NCBI GenBank assembly: GCA_002269645.1
Contig: NIVC01002918.1
Coordinates: forward strand, 62,001 to 126,000
DNA from: Macrostomum lignano
Taxonomy: Eukaryota
Reading direction: 5' to 3'
Length of the DNA: 64,000 nucleotides
The notes beneath the pieces are model-generated. The model was given only the letters and a program-made list of their open reading frames with translations. It was not told the DNA's origin and did not search any database. Position numbers and translations under genes: made by a program. Shown here in pieces: positions 52,731-64,000 of the stretch. Each line of letters opens with the position of its first letter. Position 1 is the first letter of the stretch.

Positions 52731-54177
52731 TGAGAGATGAAGCAACACAGGGAGATTCTGAGCGATGGGGCAACACAGGGAGATTCTGGGGCCGGAACGC
52801 AGAGCAGATGACCTGTGATCCGTGCAGCAGGACGGCCCATCCGATAGAAATTCTGCAGCCGGCAGTCGCTAATTAAAAGCGGCCGCCGTGGCGTCCCGGC
52901 GAGACCGGCAGCATCCCGAAGCTCGGCAGTCCGCCGCTCCAGTCCCGGCCTCCCAATTCCCCACCTCCCAGCCCTGCTCAGCTCCCAGCCCCCATTCAAT
53001 TAGCCTCCGCTCTTGGCAGTCAGCCAGCCAGTTTTGCCAGGCCAGTGCGGCCCTTCAAAGCAAAGCATTCTCTAGAGGCGTGGGAGCCGGCAGAAGCAGA
53101 ACTCCTGGCCCGGCCATGGACTTCTAGACCGAGAGTCCAGATTGGAAGCCTTAGGCCTTTTTTATTGTGCATTATCAAGCAAAATTATCAAGCAAGTCGG
53201 AGTTGAAAAAAAGCACGAAAACCGGGATGCCAGACTGTTTGCTCCTTTCCATTGAAAACACAGAGGTTTGCCTGAATCCAGAGTGCAGACTCCAGGGCTC
53301 CATGGCCCAAATTTGGTCAAATAATAAGGGAACTCGCTGCATTCGGTGGGAATGGGGAGCCTCCTCAGAGGGAGGGTGGGGAGGTCGCGGGGTCCAACGG
53401 GAGCGGCCCATTGAAACTCGATATGAGTGAGGTGCAAGGGCGGGGGCAGATAAGGCCATGCGGAGCGGCGGGGCCACCAAGGCTTCTTCAGCGGGAGCTG
53501 CAGCTACAGACAGGAAAGGTGAGTCGGGGCTGAAGCAACTCGATAGCCTTGGAAATCGCATTAAACAGCCGTGAGTTTCCTCGCAGAGTAAATTGGCACT
53601 TGAACCGGAAGAAACCCGAGAGGTGCCACCAGGAAGCCCCGTTTGCTGAGCTGGTTTGAGGGCCGGCCAGAAAGGCTTTGCATGCCGCTTTTGTTTTGGC
53701 AGATTTTGTCTCCCTTGGAGATGCAAATTGTGCTTTTTGGTCCCCTTCAACCAGTTGCTCAGACGGGGCGGCGCGACCAGAGGACGCCCCTAAGATTTCA
53801 TTTCCCGAAATTAATTCCCCGAATCTTCCTACTCTGTCATTAAATAGGAACAAAAACTATCAATACTACTGCTGGCTGCTTCAACAGTAGCACACAGGCA
53901 TTTAAATAGAATTCAAATAAATTAGCAAGCTGTTCAGCTCACCCATTCCAGGCTCGGGATCCACTTCGGCAGTTCTTTCTCGAGTTGAGCGCGGCAGGCT
54001 GCAGAATTCAGGCTGCAGGGTGAGCTGAAAAGCCGGGGAGATCAGAGAGCGAATGCCAGGCCTGCCAGTCCATTGCGCTTCAAACTGCATCATTTGTGCG
54101 GGCACAGAAAGTGGTGCCCATTTTGCATGAGCACCTCTCCGTCCTCTCGGTACCCAAGCCATCGTGAGTTCTACCTA

Positions 54178-54702
54178 GCCCACAAGCTCACTGTAAATTG
54201 AAACTGTCAGTCTCACAGCCCACAAGCTCACTGTAAATTGAAACTGTCAGTCTCACAGCCCACAAGCTCACAGTAAATTGAAACTGTCAGTCTCACAGCC
54301 CACAAGCTCACTGTAAATTGAAACTGTCAGTCTCACAGCCCACAAGCTCACTGTAAATTGAAACTGTCAGTCTCACAGCCCACAAGCTCACTGTAAATTG
54401 AAACTGTCAGTCTCACAGCCCACAAGCTCACTGTAAATTGAAACTGTCAGTCTCACAGCCCACAAGCTCACTGTAAATTGAAACTGTCAGTCTCACAGCC
54501 CACAAGCTCACTGTAAATTGAAACTGTCAGTCTCACAGCCCACAAGCTCACTGTAAATTGAAACTGTCAGTCTCACAGCCCACAAGCTCACAGTAAATTG
54601 AAACTGTCAGTTTCACAGCCCACAAGCTCACTGTAAATTGAAACTGTCAGTCTCACAGCCCACAAGCTCACAGTAAATTGAAACTGTCAGTCTCACAGCC
54701 CA
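54178..54702. repeat. 40-bp minisatellite (~13 near-identical copies)
   Basis: CACAGCCCACAAGCTCACTGTAAATTGAAACTGTCAGTCT. Confidence 0.95.
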
Positions 54703-54839
54703 AAGCAACAAGCAAGATGGCTGCAATTTGGAAATATTTGGCATGGAACTTAAATTGGTATTTCAATTGAAGCTGAGCACTTTGATGGGGCATTGCAGAT
54801 TGCGTTTTGGGGGCTGTGGTGCTGGAGATTGTGAATGTT

Positions 54840-55315
54840 AGGGATTGTGGTTGCGGAGTGTGGTTGGGGATTGTGATTGAGGATTGAGGTTGTGGATTGT
54901 GGTTTGGGATTATGGTTGGGGATTTGGGGATTGTGGTTTGGGATTGTGGTTGGGGATTGTGGTTGTGGATTGTGGTTGGGGATTGTGGTTGTGGATTGTG
55001 GTTGGGGATTGTGGTTGGGGATTGTGGTTGGGGATTGTGGTTGGGGATTGAGGTTTGGGATTGCGGTTTGGGATTGTGGTTGGGGATCGTGAATGTTAGG
55101 GTTGTGGTTGGGGACTGTGGTGTGGGATTGTGGTTGGGGATCGTGAATGTTAGGTTTGTGGTTGGGGACTGTGGTTTGGGATTGTGGTTGGGGACTGTGG
55201 TGTGGGATTGTGGTTGGGGATCGTGAATGTTAGGGTTGTGGTTGGGGACTGTGGTTTGGGATTGTGGTTGGGGATCGTGAATGTTAGGGTTGTGGTTGGG
55301 GACTGTGGTGTGGGA
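54840..55315. repeat. G/T-rich degenerate repeat
   Basis: GGGGATTGTGGTT core with GATCGTGAATGTTAGG inserts. Confidence 0.9.
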
Positions 55316-55817
55316 TTCCAAGCCAGGAGAGGCATCTGCCCAGTTTTCAAAGTGAAGTAAAATAATTTGAACCCACGAGCTGCGGCGAAGCTGCATGCAA
55401 ATAAGATTAACAAAGGCAGGTCGTGCAGAGTTTTACCGCCAAACTAGAGGCAGACATCGCAACAGATCTGCTCCGGTGTATTCTAGCGATTCAGTAATAA
55501 TAATAATAATCTATTGTCAGGGACACTGAGTGACAGCTGCAGCAGCAGGGGTTGTCCCGTCTGTCAGCGTCTCTACCTCACGGGAACAACCCCAGTTGCC
55601 ATGCCAACGGAATGCTCAAATTAATACACGGACAGGTGAGAGATCAGCACTGCTTGAGATCTTGAGGCGAGCATGCAGAAATTAGCAGCGTGGGAATGAC
55701 GGCGCGACTGACTGGCTGGGATAATGGAAAAATACTAGCACCTGCAGGAACGGTTAGCATAGCAACCGAGATTTACGTACGAAATAACTGAAAACCCCGT
55801 TTGTTCTGATAAAATGA

Positions 55818-56182
55818 TGTATCCAAGGCCAGAACCCCTGTTGCTATAGTAAAGTGCCGTATCCAAGGCCAGAACCCCTGTTGCTATAGTAAAGTGCCGT
55901 ATCCAAGGCCAGAACCCCTGTTGCTATAGTAAAGTGCCGTATCCAAGGCCAGAACCCCTGTTGCTATAGTAAAGTGCCGTATCCAAGACCAACCCTGGTT
56001 GCTATGGTAAAGTGCCGTATCCAAGACCAACCCCGGTTGCTATGGTAAAGTGCCGTATCCAAGACCAACCCCGGTTGCTATGGTAAAGTGCCGTATCCAA
56101 GACCAACCCCGGTTGCTATGGTAAAGTGCCGTATCCAAGACCAGCCCCGGTTGCTATGGTAAAGTGCCGTATCCAAGACCAG
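55818..56182. repeat. 38-40 bp minisatellite (~9 copies)
   Basis: GTATCCAAGGCCAGAACCCCTGTTGCTATAGTAAAGTGCC, grading into a shorter variant. Confidence 0.92.
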
Positions 56183-56827
56183 AACCTCAGACAACAGCAA
56201 GCCAACCGAAAACGCAGAACAAGTACCCTGCAGGGCTAAAATGAATTAAAAAGTGAGAATCACAGTAATCAATAATTGTTAACATTGGCCAGAAAGTCAG
56301 TTTTGCACACAAAAGTGACACCAACAGGTAATCGCGCACGAGAAGCCAGTGTTTTGGCCTCTCCATGGCACTCTGAGCTTGAAAATAAAATTTGACAGGT
56401 GTGTAAGAGGCGTGACAGAAAATTCAATTTACATTAGACAATAAAAGGTGACAAGGCCATTTAGTGCGAATGCTGCTGTGACTGCACCTAAAAATCACAT
56501 CTGAAGCAAAATTTCTGGCGGTGAAATACAAATTTTCAGACACAATTTTCTACATTTGAAATAAGAAGTTAATGCACAGCGTGACACTACTGGATTGAGT
56601 AGTGCAGAAAGCATGAGCAACAGTGGAAGTCAGGCCTATATTTAGCGTGAGAAATGGATAATTATCAAAACAACTGGAATGACCCTGGTAGGGTGCTGCA
56701 ACAGGTGCGAAAAAATCAATCAGTGATCAGTACAGCAATTTTAGCACAGTCAAATAGGGTCTCAATTCTAGCTCTCTACAGATCTCAGGAGCCGCAGCTT
56801 TGCAACGTGAAATGCGGGTGGATGCAG

Positions 56828-57100
56828 TGTCAGCTACCTACTGCTGTTCAGTAGGCTGTGTCAGCTACCTACTGCTGTTCAGTAGGCTGTGTCAGCTACC
56901 TACTGCTGTTCAGTAGGCTGTGTCAGCTACCTACTGCTGTTCAGTAGGCTGTGTCAGCTACCTACTGCTGTTCAGTAGGCTGTGTCAGCTACCTACTGCT
57001 GTTCAGTAGGCTGTGTCAGCTACCTACTGCTGTTCAGTAGGCTGTGTCAGCTACCTACTGCTGTTCAGTAGGCTGTCAGCTACCTACTGCTGTTCAGTAA
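56828..57100. repeat. 31-bp hairpin-containing minisatellite (~9 copies)
   Basis: GTGTCAGCTACCTACTGCTGTTCAGTAGGCT. Confidence 0.92.
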
Positions 57101-57469
57101 GCAATGAGAGGAGCATGGGATAAAACAGCCGCTGTCACGTGCAACTAAAACAATAAGTAAAATCTACTTCAAAATCCTCAATAGTAAAATCCCAAAAGGC
57201 TACAAAAGCGCTCAAAAAGGAATTCTGTATGAATAAAAAGCACAGTTGGGAATGACACGACAGCAACAATAATAAGGCGGAGACATCAAAAGACAGCTAT
57301 TTTAACCATGTAAGACAAAGAAATTGACAGCTTAACGATCATAAAAATCTAATTTTTATAAGGCAAACTGCATCAGAACCCGGTGAAGATCGCAGAGATC
57401 GCGGCAGTTAGAAACCCAGAAGGCTAAAACTTTTGTTGGCATTAATAAAAACAAGCTCGACTGAGGGCT

Positions 57470-58025
57470 TAGGATGGCTGGGAAGCGAGATGGGGAGGGA
57501 GAGGCTGGGGAGCAAAGATGGAGAGGGAGAGGCTGGGGAGCAAAGATGGAGAGGGAGAGGCTGGGGAGCAAAGATGGGGGAGGAGAGGCTGGGGAGTAGA
57601 GATGGGGAGGGAGAGGCTGGAGAGCGGAGATGGGGAGGGAGAGGCTGGGGAGCGGAGATGGGGAGGGAGAGGCTGGAGAGCGGAGATGGGGAGGGAGAGG
57701 CTGGAGAGCGGAGATGGGGAGAGAGAGGCTGGGGAGCGGAGAAGGGGAGGGAGAGGCTGGGGAGCAAAGATGGGGGAGGGGAGGCTGGGGAGTAGAGATG
57801 GGGAGGGAGAGGCTGGAGAGCGGAGATGGGGAGGGAGAGGCTGGGGAGCGGAGATGGGAAGAGGCTGGGGAGCGGAGATGGGGAGGGAGAGGCTGGGGAG
57901 TAGAGATGGGGAGAGAGAGGCTGGAGAGCGGAGATGGGAAAGAACAGGCTGGGGAGCGGAGATGGGGAGGGAGAGGCTGGGGAGCGGAGATGGGGAGGGA
58001 GAGGCTGGGGAGCGGAGATGGGGGG
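57470..58025. repeat. ~29-30 bp purine-rich minisatellite
   Basis: GGGGAGCGGAGATGGGGAGGGAGAGGCTG. Confidence 0.92.
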
Positions 58026-58136
58026 GGGAATCAGAGCAGGATATTGTGGCCTCAAAGGCTCCCTGAAGTGAGGATTTGCACGGACGCATTGCCCTGACCA
58101 ATCCGCAATGAAAGTCACAGCCAAGCCACTCGCGGC

Positions 58137-59320
58137 TCACTTGGCCGCCTTGAAGAGGAATTTGCGCGCCTCGCGGGACCGGTCAGAGGCCAGCGCCCGC
58201 GCCAGGTCCGCGAGGCCGACCCGGAGCGGCGGCGCCTGCGGGGATTCCGTGGAGTCGCCGGCGGCTGCAGCGAAGGCGCGATCATGCCGGCGCCAGCGAA
58301 GGCCGCGACGGCCGCCTTCGGTGAAGGCCACGACGGCGAGGGAGCCGGGCGCGGTGGCGGAGGCGGAGGCTGACGCGGGCTCGAGGCGGTGCTCGGCGGC
58401 AGCGACGGCACCCTCCAGCAGGTCGAGGAGGCGGCGCTCAACCGCGGCGGCGAGGAGGGCGGCCGCCGATTCGGCAGCGTCGGGGAGGCCGCGGTTCGCG
58501 CCGCATCCTGCAGGCGCAGCCGTAGCGCCGCCGGGCAGAAAACGGAGGCCGCGGCGGACCGCAGCTGCGGAGGAGGCGTCGGCGGCGTCAATGGAGGAGC
58601 AGGCGGCGGCTTGGTGGCAGGCGGCGGTGGCGGAGCGGGTGGCACCCGGGGCGCAGGCGGCGGCGGTGGCAGCGGCGCGAGTCCCTCGAGGCGGACGCGG
58701 CCCTGCCGGAGGGCGCGGCGATATTCGGGCAGGTGCTGACAGAAGAAGTCCATGAGCTGATTTGAGTCCTGTTTGGAGTTGAGCGCCACTTTCAGCTGGG
58801 AGACAAAGTAGGCCGCATCGATGCGCTCGGAGATGAGGCCGCGCACCAGGCCGGAGATGCGGCGCCAGCGCTCGTCGTCCTCGGCGGAGCTGCCGGCGGT
58901 GCGCGAGCGGCGCAGGAGGGCGCCGAAGAAGCCGGAGCAGCGGGCCGCAGACTCGCTCAGCTCTGGCGGTGTGGGCGCAGGCGGCGGCGCGGGCGGAGCG
59001 GGCGTTGGCGGCAGCCTCTGCAAGGCCGCAGGCGGAAACTGATGCCGCTGCACATACTGATACGGCTGATGGGGAATGTGATGCTGAGGAGGCTGCACTA
59101 TCACGTAATTGCTGGGCTGCACCGGCTGCGGGTAGCGGAAGCCGCCGAATCCGGCCTGCGCGTAGCCGGGGCCGCCAACGTAGGTGGGCTGCGGCATCGG
59201 CGGCGAGGGCGACGGCGCCAGGCCTGCGCCGGGCGCCACAAGGCGGAACTGCGCGGGCGCGCCTGGCGAAGGGCCGCGCGCGCTCACGGGGGCCGCGTAG
59301 GCGTGGCGGCTGTCCGCCAT
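58137..59320 (-). CDS. TAF4: TAF4-like protein (TAFH domain + histone fold + conserved C-terminal motif), intronless, with a 1-nt frameshift near 58495
   Basis: RCSGFFGALL...LVRGLISERIDAAYFVSQLKVALNS...LMDFFCQHLPEYR (TAFH). After the shift: GLPDAAESAAALLAAAVERRLLDLLEGAVAAAEHR and RVGLADLARALASD...LFKA. Confidence 0.75.
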
Positions 59321-59559
59321 CAGGCCAGGCCTTCCTGGCTAGGACTGGCGCCGCAGCCAGTCAGCAATGCGAGCAGCCGCCTGCAGCAGAGCAGCGAGTT
59401 TGGATGTAAAATAGAATTGCAGTTCACCAGCTCCCACTGTCACTCTGTGCACATGAGAGCCAGCAATAAGGCTGTGATGTTGGTTTAATCTAATTGTACC
59501 TCCGCATGTGACTGTGCCCGTGGCCCCGTGCAGTGCTGATTTGGATGACAAATACTTTG

Positions 59560-61050
59560 ACCAAATCTGACTCAACCAAAAACTTGCCTATTATATAACC
59601 TAAAATCCTACTTGACTTATTCAAAACCAAGTGTCATATAAAAACCCAAAACCCAAAACATTAAAACCCAACATAGTGTATCCAAAATAAAATTTGTTTG
59701 TATAATCATAATTTAATACTTGAGTTTATGTAAAAAAACTGCATTAGATTTTAAAAAGGCACTATATAGTTTTATCTTAGACTAAGCAAAATAGGTTATA
59801 TGAGTACATATAGATTTTAGCAAAGACTGAATTTATATTTGTCTTTTTAGTCTCAATATATGGAACTCTGCAAAACTAAATCCAATAGTGATAAGTATAG
59901 TTTATTATAATATATATTAGTTTTACTATAATAAATAAAAATATATGACAACCCATATATAACAATAGAATATAAAACAAAGAATAGATACATTCATTAG
60001 TTAGGTACTTCAGTGAGATTGTGAACAAGCAACCAAAAAAGAAAATTATAAAAAGTGCTATATAAGCTACTTTGAATTAAAAATTTGTTTTATTTTAAAA
60101 GATTAGAAAGAAAATATTTTCAAATACACATATACAATATAGCTCAATTGGATTATTGTTGCATTTATTCAAAAAGAAAGTTAAAATAGGCCTACTTTTG
60201 AAAGAATGTCAAAATTGAAGATTTTTTGCAAAAAATAGATACATTTAAAAAAATTAAGTAAAAACTACATATTTAAGCAGTGTTTAACAAAATATATTCT
60301 AGAAAAAATTGTATATTGTTTCTAAAATTTTTGAAAAAAAATTACCTTCTTTATATTTTGCTTTTAACTTTTTTGTTTCTATTCTAGCACTTAATAGTTC
60401 AATGCTCACATGCTATGATATATTCCCTAGCCAAATGCAAATCAGTTTGAATTTATTTCTGCAAAACTGATGCATTACTATTTTGATTATAAAACAATAA
60501 AAAAGAACTACTAATATATAGTAATAGTAAAATTATTTTGTCAACTCTTTTTTTACTATTATTTTTTGTAATTGCATTTTTGAATTTTTTATTTATATAA
60601 ATTACTCATATCAAACATGTAGTATTAACTATATTTAATGACAAATTAATTGTAAAAAGTCATTTTAGAGATTTTTTATAGAAAAGACAAAAAATTAAAC
60701 TTGACAAAAAATGATCACAAATTGTTGAAAAAATCCATTGAAAAATAACACAAATTGTAGCTACTAAAATAGTTATAACTGTTTTATATTTAACCAAGTC
60801 AAAATTTTAAAAGTAAAGACTTTTTGGAAAAAGGAAAATATGATCTAGTATATCTATTATTATATAAAATAATAACAATTTTTTACTTTAATTTTCTTAG
60901 TAAAAGCTTTTACTTTAGTAGTTAAAACTATAAAGAAAAAAGTTTTAACTAGCTGTAACTACTATAATACATTTTTGAATTCATTAATTATTAAAATGAA
61001 TCTATAGTACTAGGCCTAGTAGTACCACTACTAGAAATTTATTAAGGGAT
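59560..61050. other. Very AT-rich non-repetitive tract
   Basis: Visibly dominated by A/T runs, with no ORF of 60 aa or more in the track. Confidence 0.7.
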
Positions 61051-61952
61051 TGGGGAAGGGCAGATTCTAGACAATAAAGACCCAAGCCCAAGGGTAAAGG
61101 GTAAGGGGGCAGAATGAGAAGGTAGGTACTTCCCTTTAGGCAAAGACCAGAAAAAAATCAAAGGGGAGCTAAGCAAATTTACACCAAAAAACAGAACTGC
61201 ACCCCTTCTGCAATGAAATTTTGGCAATGACTAGGGGCCTATATCATATGCACTATGTGCTAAAAATAAAATCTTGTGAAACTTGTAAAACATTTGGTTG
61301 CTGGTTGCCAGTAAAAATTCTCTTCTGTGCTTGATGCCATTCTGTAAAATGCCCCTATGCCATGCCATCATTGCCATGGCCTAACCATAATGGCATAAAG
61401 GCTTTCCCCAGCTTAAAAAATGTTAGCCCCCCTAGGCTAGGCCTAATAGAGCTACAACTAAGCAAACACATTTATTAAGGTAAGGCTCAGTCATGTTCAC
61501 TTAACAGATCAGGTGCAATGCTATGTTAAGCCAAATTTTTCAATCAAAGAAAAATAGAAGATAGAATCAAAAACTCATTTATTCGTTTATCCAATATTTA
61601 GGGACTCCAGTGAGATTTCGAAATATTATAATATTTTGTAAACACTATAGGCAGAAACTCATCATAATTACTTATGTAATGTGTGCAGGTAACTGCTTTC
61701 TAATTTCAACAATCCTGCTTCTGAATTGAGATCCTCCGGTTTCGCAACTTTGGCCAAAGTCACTGAAAAGCCCCTGACAACTACTTTTTTTCATTGCTTT
61801 TTTTTAATTGTGCTTTTCAGTAAGTAGTAAGTAGTAAGAATTTGGCTCAGGCAATTAGCCTGTTTGGCCAATATAGTATAGAGCTATGTATTTGGAAGGA
61901 TTTTCGAAATAGAAGTTTATAAAGACGACTTGACGAGTTATTGTAAAAGATG

Positions 61953-62310
61953 TGTAATAGTGCTCAATTTGCGTGCGCGTGCACTTCTAGTGTTTTCTCC
62001 GTATTTCTTTCTGCGTCACCCCACCCCTGCGTATAGCCTTTTCTAGAAATTTCTTTTTGTTTCTGATTGGCTGAAAACGCGTGAATAACGAGCCCCAACC
62101 AATAGAGTGCTTAGTGCCTACCCTATCGGCGAAATCCGATTGGTTAGGATTTTCTAAGCTGCGTTTTTCACCCTGCCCTCCCCCATCGCGGTCAGTCTAT
62201 TTAATCAAGCAAGCTGGAACGCAAATAAATCAAGTTTTGAAGTTGAAGTTGAAGTTTTTTCTCTGACTAAAGAAGTCCCGGCAGTTCAAACTCAAGAATA
62301 CGCGGCTACA
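61953..62310 (+). repeat. 5' LTR of a second Ty3/Gypsy element (start approximate)
   Basis: TGTA...TACA ends; followed after 1 nt by the primer-binding site. Confidence 0.7.
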
Positions 62311-62311
62311 T

Positions 62312-62322
62312 TGGCGACCACG
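62312..62322 (+). promoter_or_regulatory. Primer-binding site TGGCGACCACG (probably tRNA-Arg)
   Basis: Complementary to a tRNA 3' end ...CGUGGUCGCCA. The isoacceptor assignment is from memory of tRNA-Arg(UCG) stems. Confidence 0.7.
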
Positions 62323-62334
62323 CCAGTTTTCCAC

Positions 62335-64000
62335 ATGTGGAATAACGACGACTACCTGGAACTACGTGGACGTCTCGTCGGACGACGGCGCAACGCAGGC
62401 GACGAGGCAGCTTCCGTTTCTACAGAGTCTACGAACGCGTCCAACCCCTTCGTGTCGATGACCACAGTCAGCGAAGCCACAAATCCCTTCCTCGTTGCCA
62501 ACGACCTTCAGAGGGCACACTCGGCGGAAGTCTCAACCAACCCGTTCCTTGAAGACATCGACCAAGCGTCAGGGCAGGCCTCAGCAATGCAGCAGTACGC
62601 CTATCCTCCAGCTCACGGATACGCAGCGCTGCCAGACTACAATCCAGTACCGGCTCTTCCGCCAGTACCTAAGCCTGCACCGTACAACGGTCGGGAGGAT
62701 TTCGACGACTTTCTCATCAGGATCAGCGCCTATATTAGCCGGTTCCCAGGCCTTCGAGACGCCGACAAGATCAACACCCTGACTGCGTTCCTCGGACCGG
62801 CTTTTGCAACGTACACCACCTGGCTGGCGATCCAGTGTGCCTACGTCGGACTGCCACCGGGACAACCCTGGACCAGCTACCTGGTGTCCGCTATGAGGGC
62901 CTCGTTGAACACCTCCGGTCTCGTCACGGCGGGGCCAAGAGTGCAGCGTTACTTCGCCGCGAGTTCCGTGCTCGGCAGCGTCGACCAGAGGAGAGCTTCG
63001 AAACGTACCTGACGGAGCTTCAACGGCTAGCTGCAAGGGCATACCCGGACCCAAGAGCTCAGGCTTACGTCCAACAGACAGTTAGCGAGCAGTTCATGCA
63101 TGGTCTCAATGACGGCTACGTCACCGAGCGACTACTGAATCAACCAACACCACCAAGCACTGTGGAGCAGGTTCTACGAATAGCCCAGCAGCTTCGAGAA
63201 ACCCGGGCCTACATGGATGCTGGCCGTGGCGAAATCCAGCCCCAGCAACCGAGACCACCACAGAGCCAACTTTCAGCGCCACCGAAACCACTAATGCCTC
63301 AGCAGCCTGCCTCATCTGGCGGTCGAGGACAGCAACGACAGCAATCACCGGCTAGTTCCAACTGTTTCGGCTGCGGTCAGCCGGGCCACATCCGACGCAA
63401 TTGCCCAAACGCCGAGGGGGCTGGTTCACGAGGCCAGCACCGGCCCTCTCAGCACTAACGCATTCGGCCTCAACACCACGCCTCAGCAGCTGCCAGCCTG
63501 GCCAGGTGCGCTTCGTCACAGCGCGCATCCTTAGACGACGGCGCCACTGTCTGATCGACACCGGGGCAGAGGTGTCCTGCATCAGCGATGACATATGTAA
63601 GAAAGCTAGGCGGCGGCTGCAGCCCAGCAGCATCATCATAAGAGGCGTGGATGGCAACCTACAGTCTGTGCTGGGCGAGACTACTTTGGCAGTGACTCTG
63701 GGAACCGTACAAGTCCATCATCGTTTCGTCGTACTCGAGAAGCTTCACCCGACGTCCGTCATCCTGGGCTGTGACTTCCTCAGTGAACACGACGTCTCGG
63801 TCCATCTCCAAGCCGGTTGCATCACTTTCAACAGCCTAGGCGTGTCGATTCCAGCTCGAAAAAGTAAAGAGGCAGCACAGACCTGCAAGCTCGTATCAGC
63901 GGCCTCCGTGCAGCTGCAGCCAGGGAGCGCTGGATAATCCCCGTTAAACCAGCAAAGTCGGCCTCGTGGACGCGATCGGAGTGTCCAGGAGTCGTCACCG
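62335..64000 (+). mobile_element. Ty3/Gypsy gag and aspartic protease (5' part, frameshifted, runs off the window)
   Basis: PYNGREDFDDF, RQRRPEESFETYLTELQRLA, zinc knuckle CFGCGQPGHIRRNC, protease LIDTGAEVS. Frame change inside gag near 62830 and a stop at 63935-63937. Confidence 0.88.

Noticed and set aside
29630-58025. Tandem arrays (25-44 bp units, some palindromic) as CRISPR arrays
   Set aside because: Units are head-to-tail with no unique spacers, there are no cas genes, and the context is eukaryotic.
1-64000. tRNA, rRNA or snRNA genes
   Set aside because: No cloverleaf with A/B boxes or recognisable rRNA/snRNA sequence was seen by eye; a covariance-model scan would be needed to exclude them.

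Overview
This is eukaryotic, probably invertebrate, nuclear DNA: a spliceosomal intron, TFIID/SAGA-type genes and many 20-44 bp minisatellites. The species cannot be determined from the sequence. The main feature is a complete 22.4-kb Polinton/Maverick (adintovirus-like endogenous virus) at 3138-25551. It has ~455-bp terminal inverted repeats (TIRs) running AGTAG...CTACT and a perfect 6-bp target-site duplication (TSD, GGTGTT). It encodes a DDE integrase, a protein-primed PolB (one in-frame TAG), an adenain protease, an A32/FtsK ATPase, major and minor capsid proteins, a parvovirus-type PLA2, an adenovirus pX-like protein and several accessory ORFs. A full-length Ingi/L1Tc-like non-LTR retrotransposon (16828-21921, minus strand) is nested in a polyQ tract of one Polinton gene, in the same orientation and in frame. 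This LINE begins with a complete HDV-like ribozyme fold, followed by a 2A StopGo motif, a PHD-PWWP-PHD-PHD chromatin-reader module and APE-RT-RNase H, and ends in an (AAC)n tail. Degenerate Ty3/Gypsy elements flank the window at both ends. The host region (26-61 kb) holds an intronless vWA-papain-zinc ribbon gene with two scattered duplicate fragments, two orphan helical/membrane ORFs, divergent SPT3-like and TAF4-like genes (each with one apparent frameshift), about a dozen tandem arrays and an AT-rich island. All assignments come from motif reading by eye; no database searches were run.
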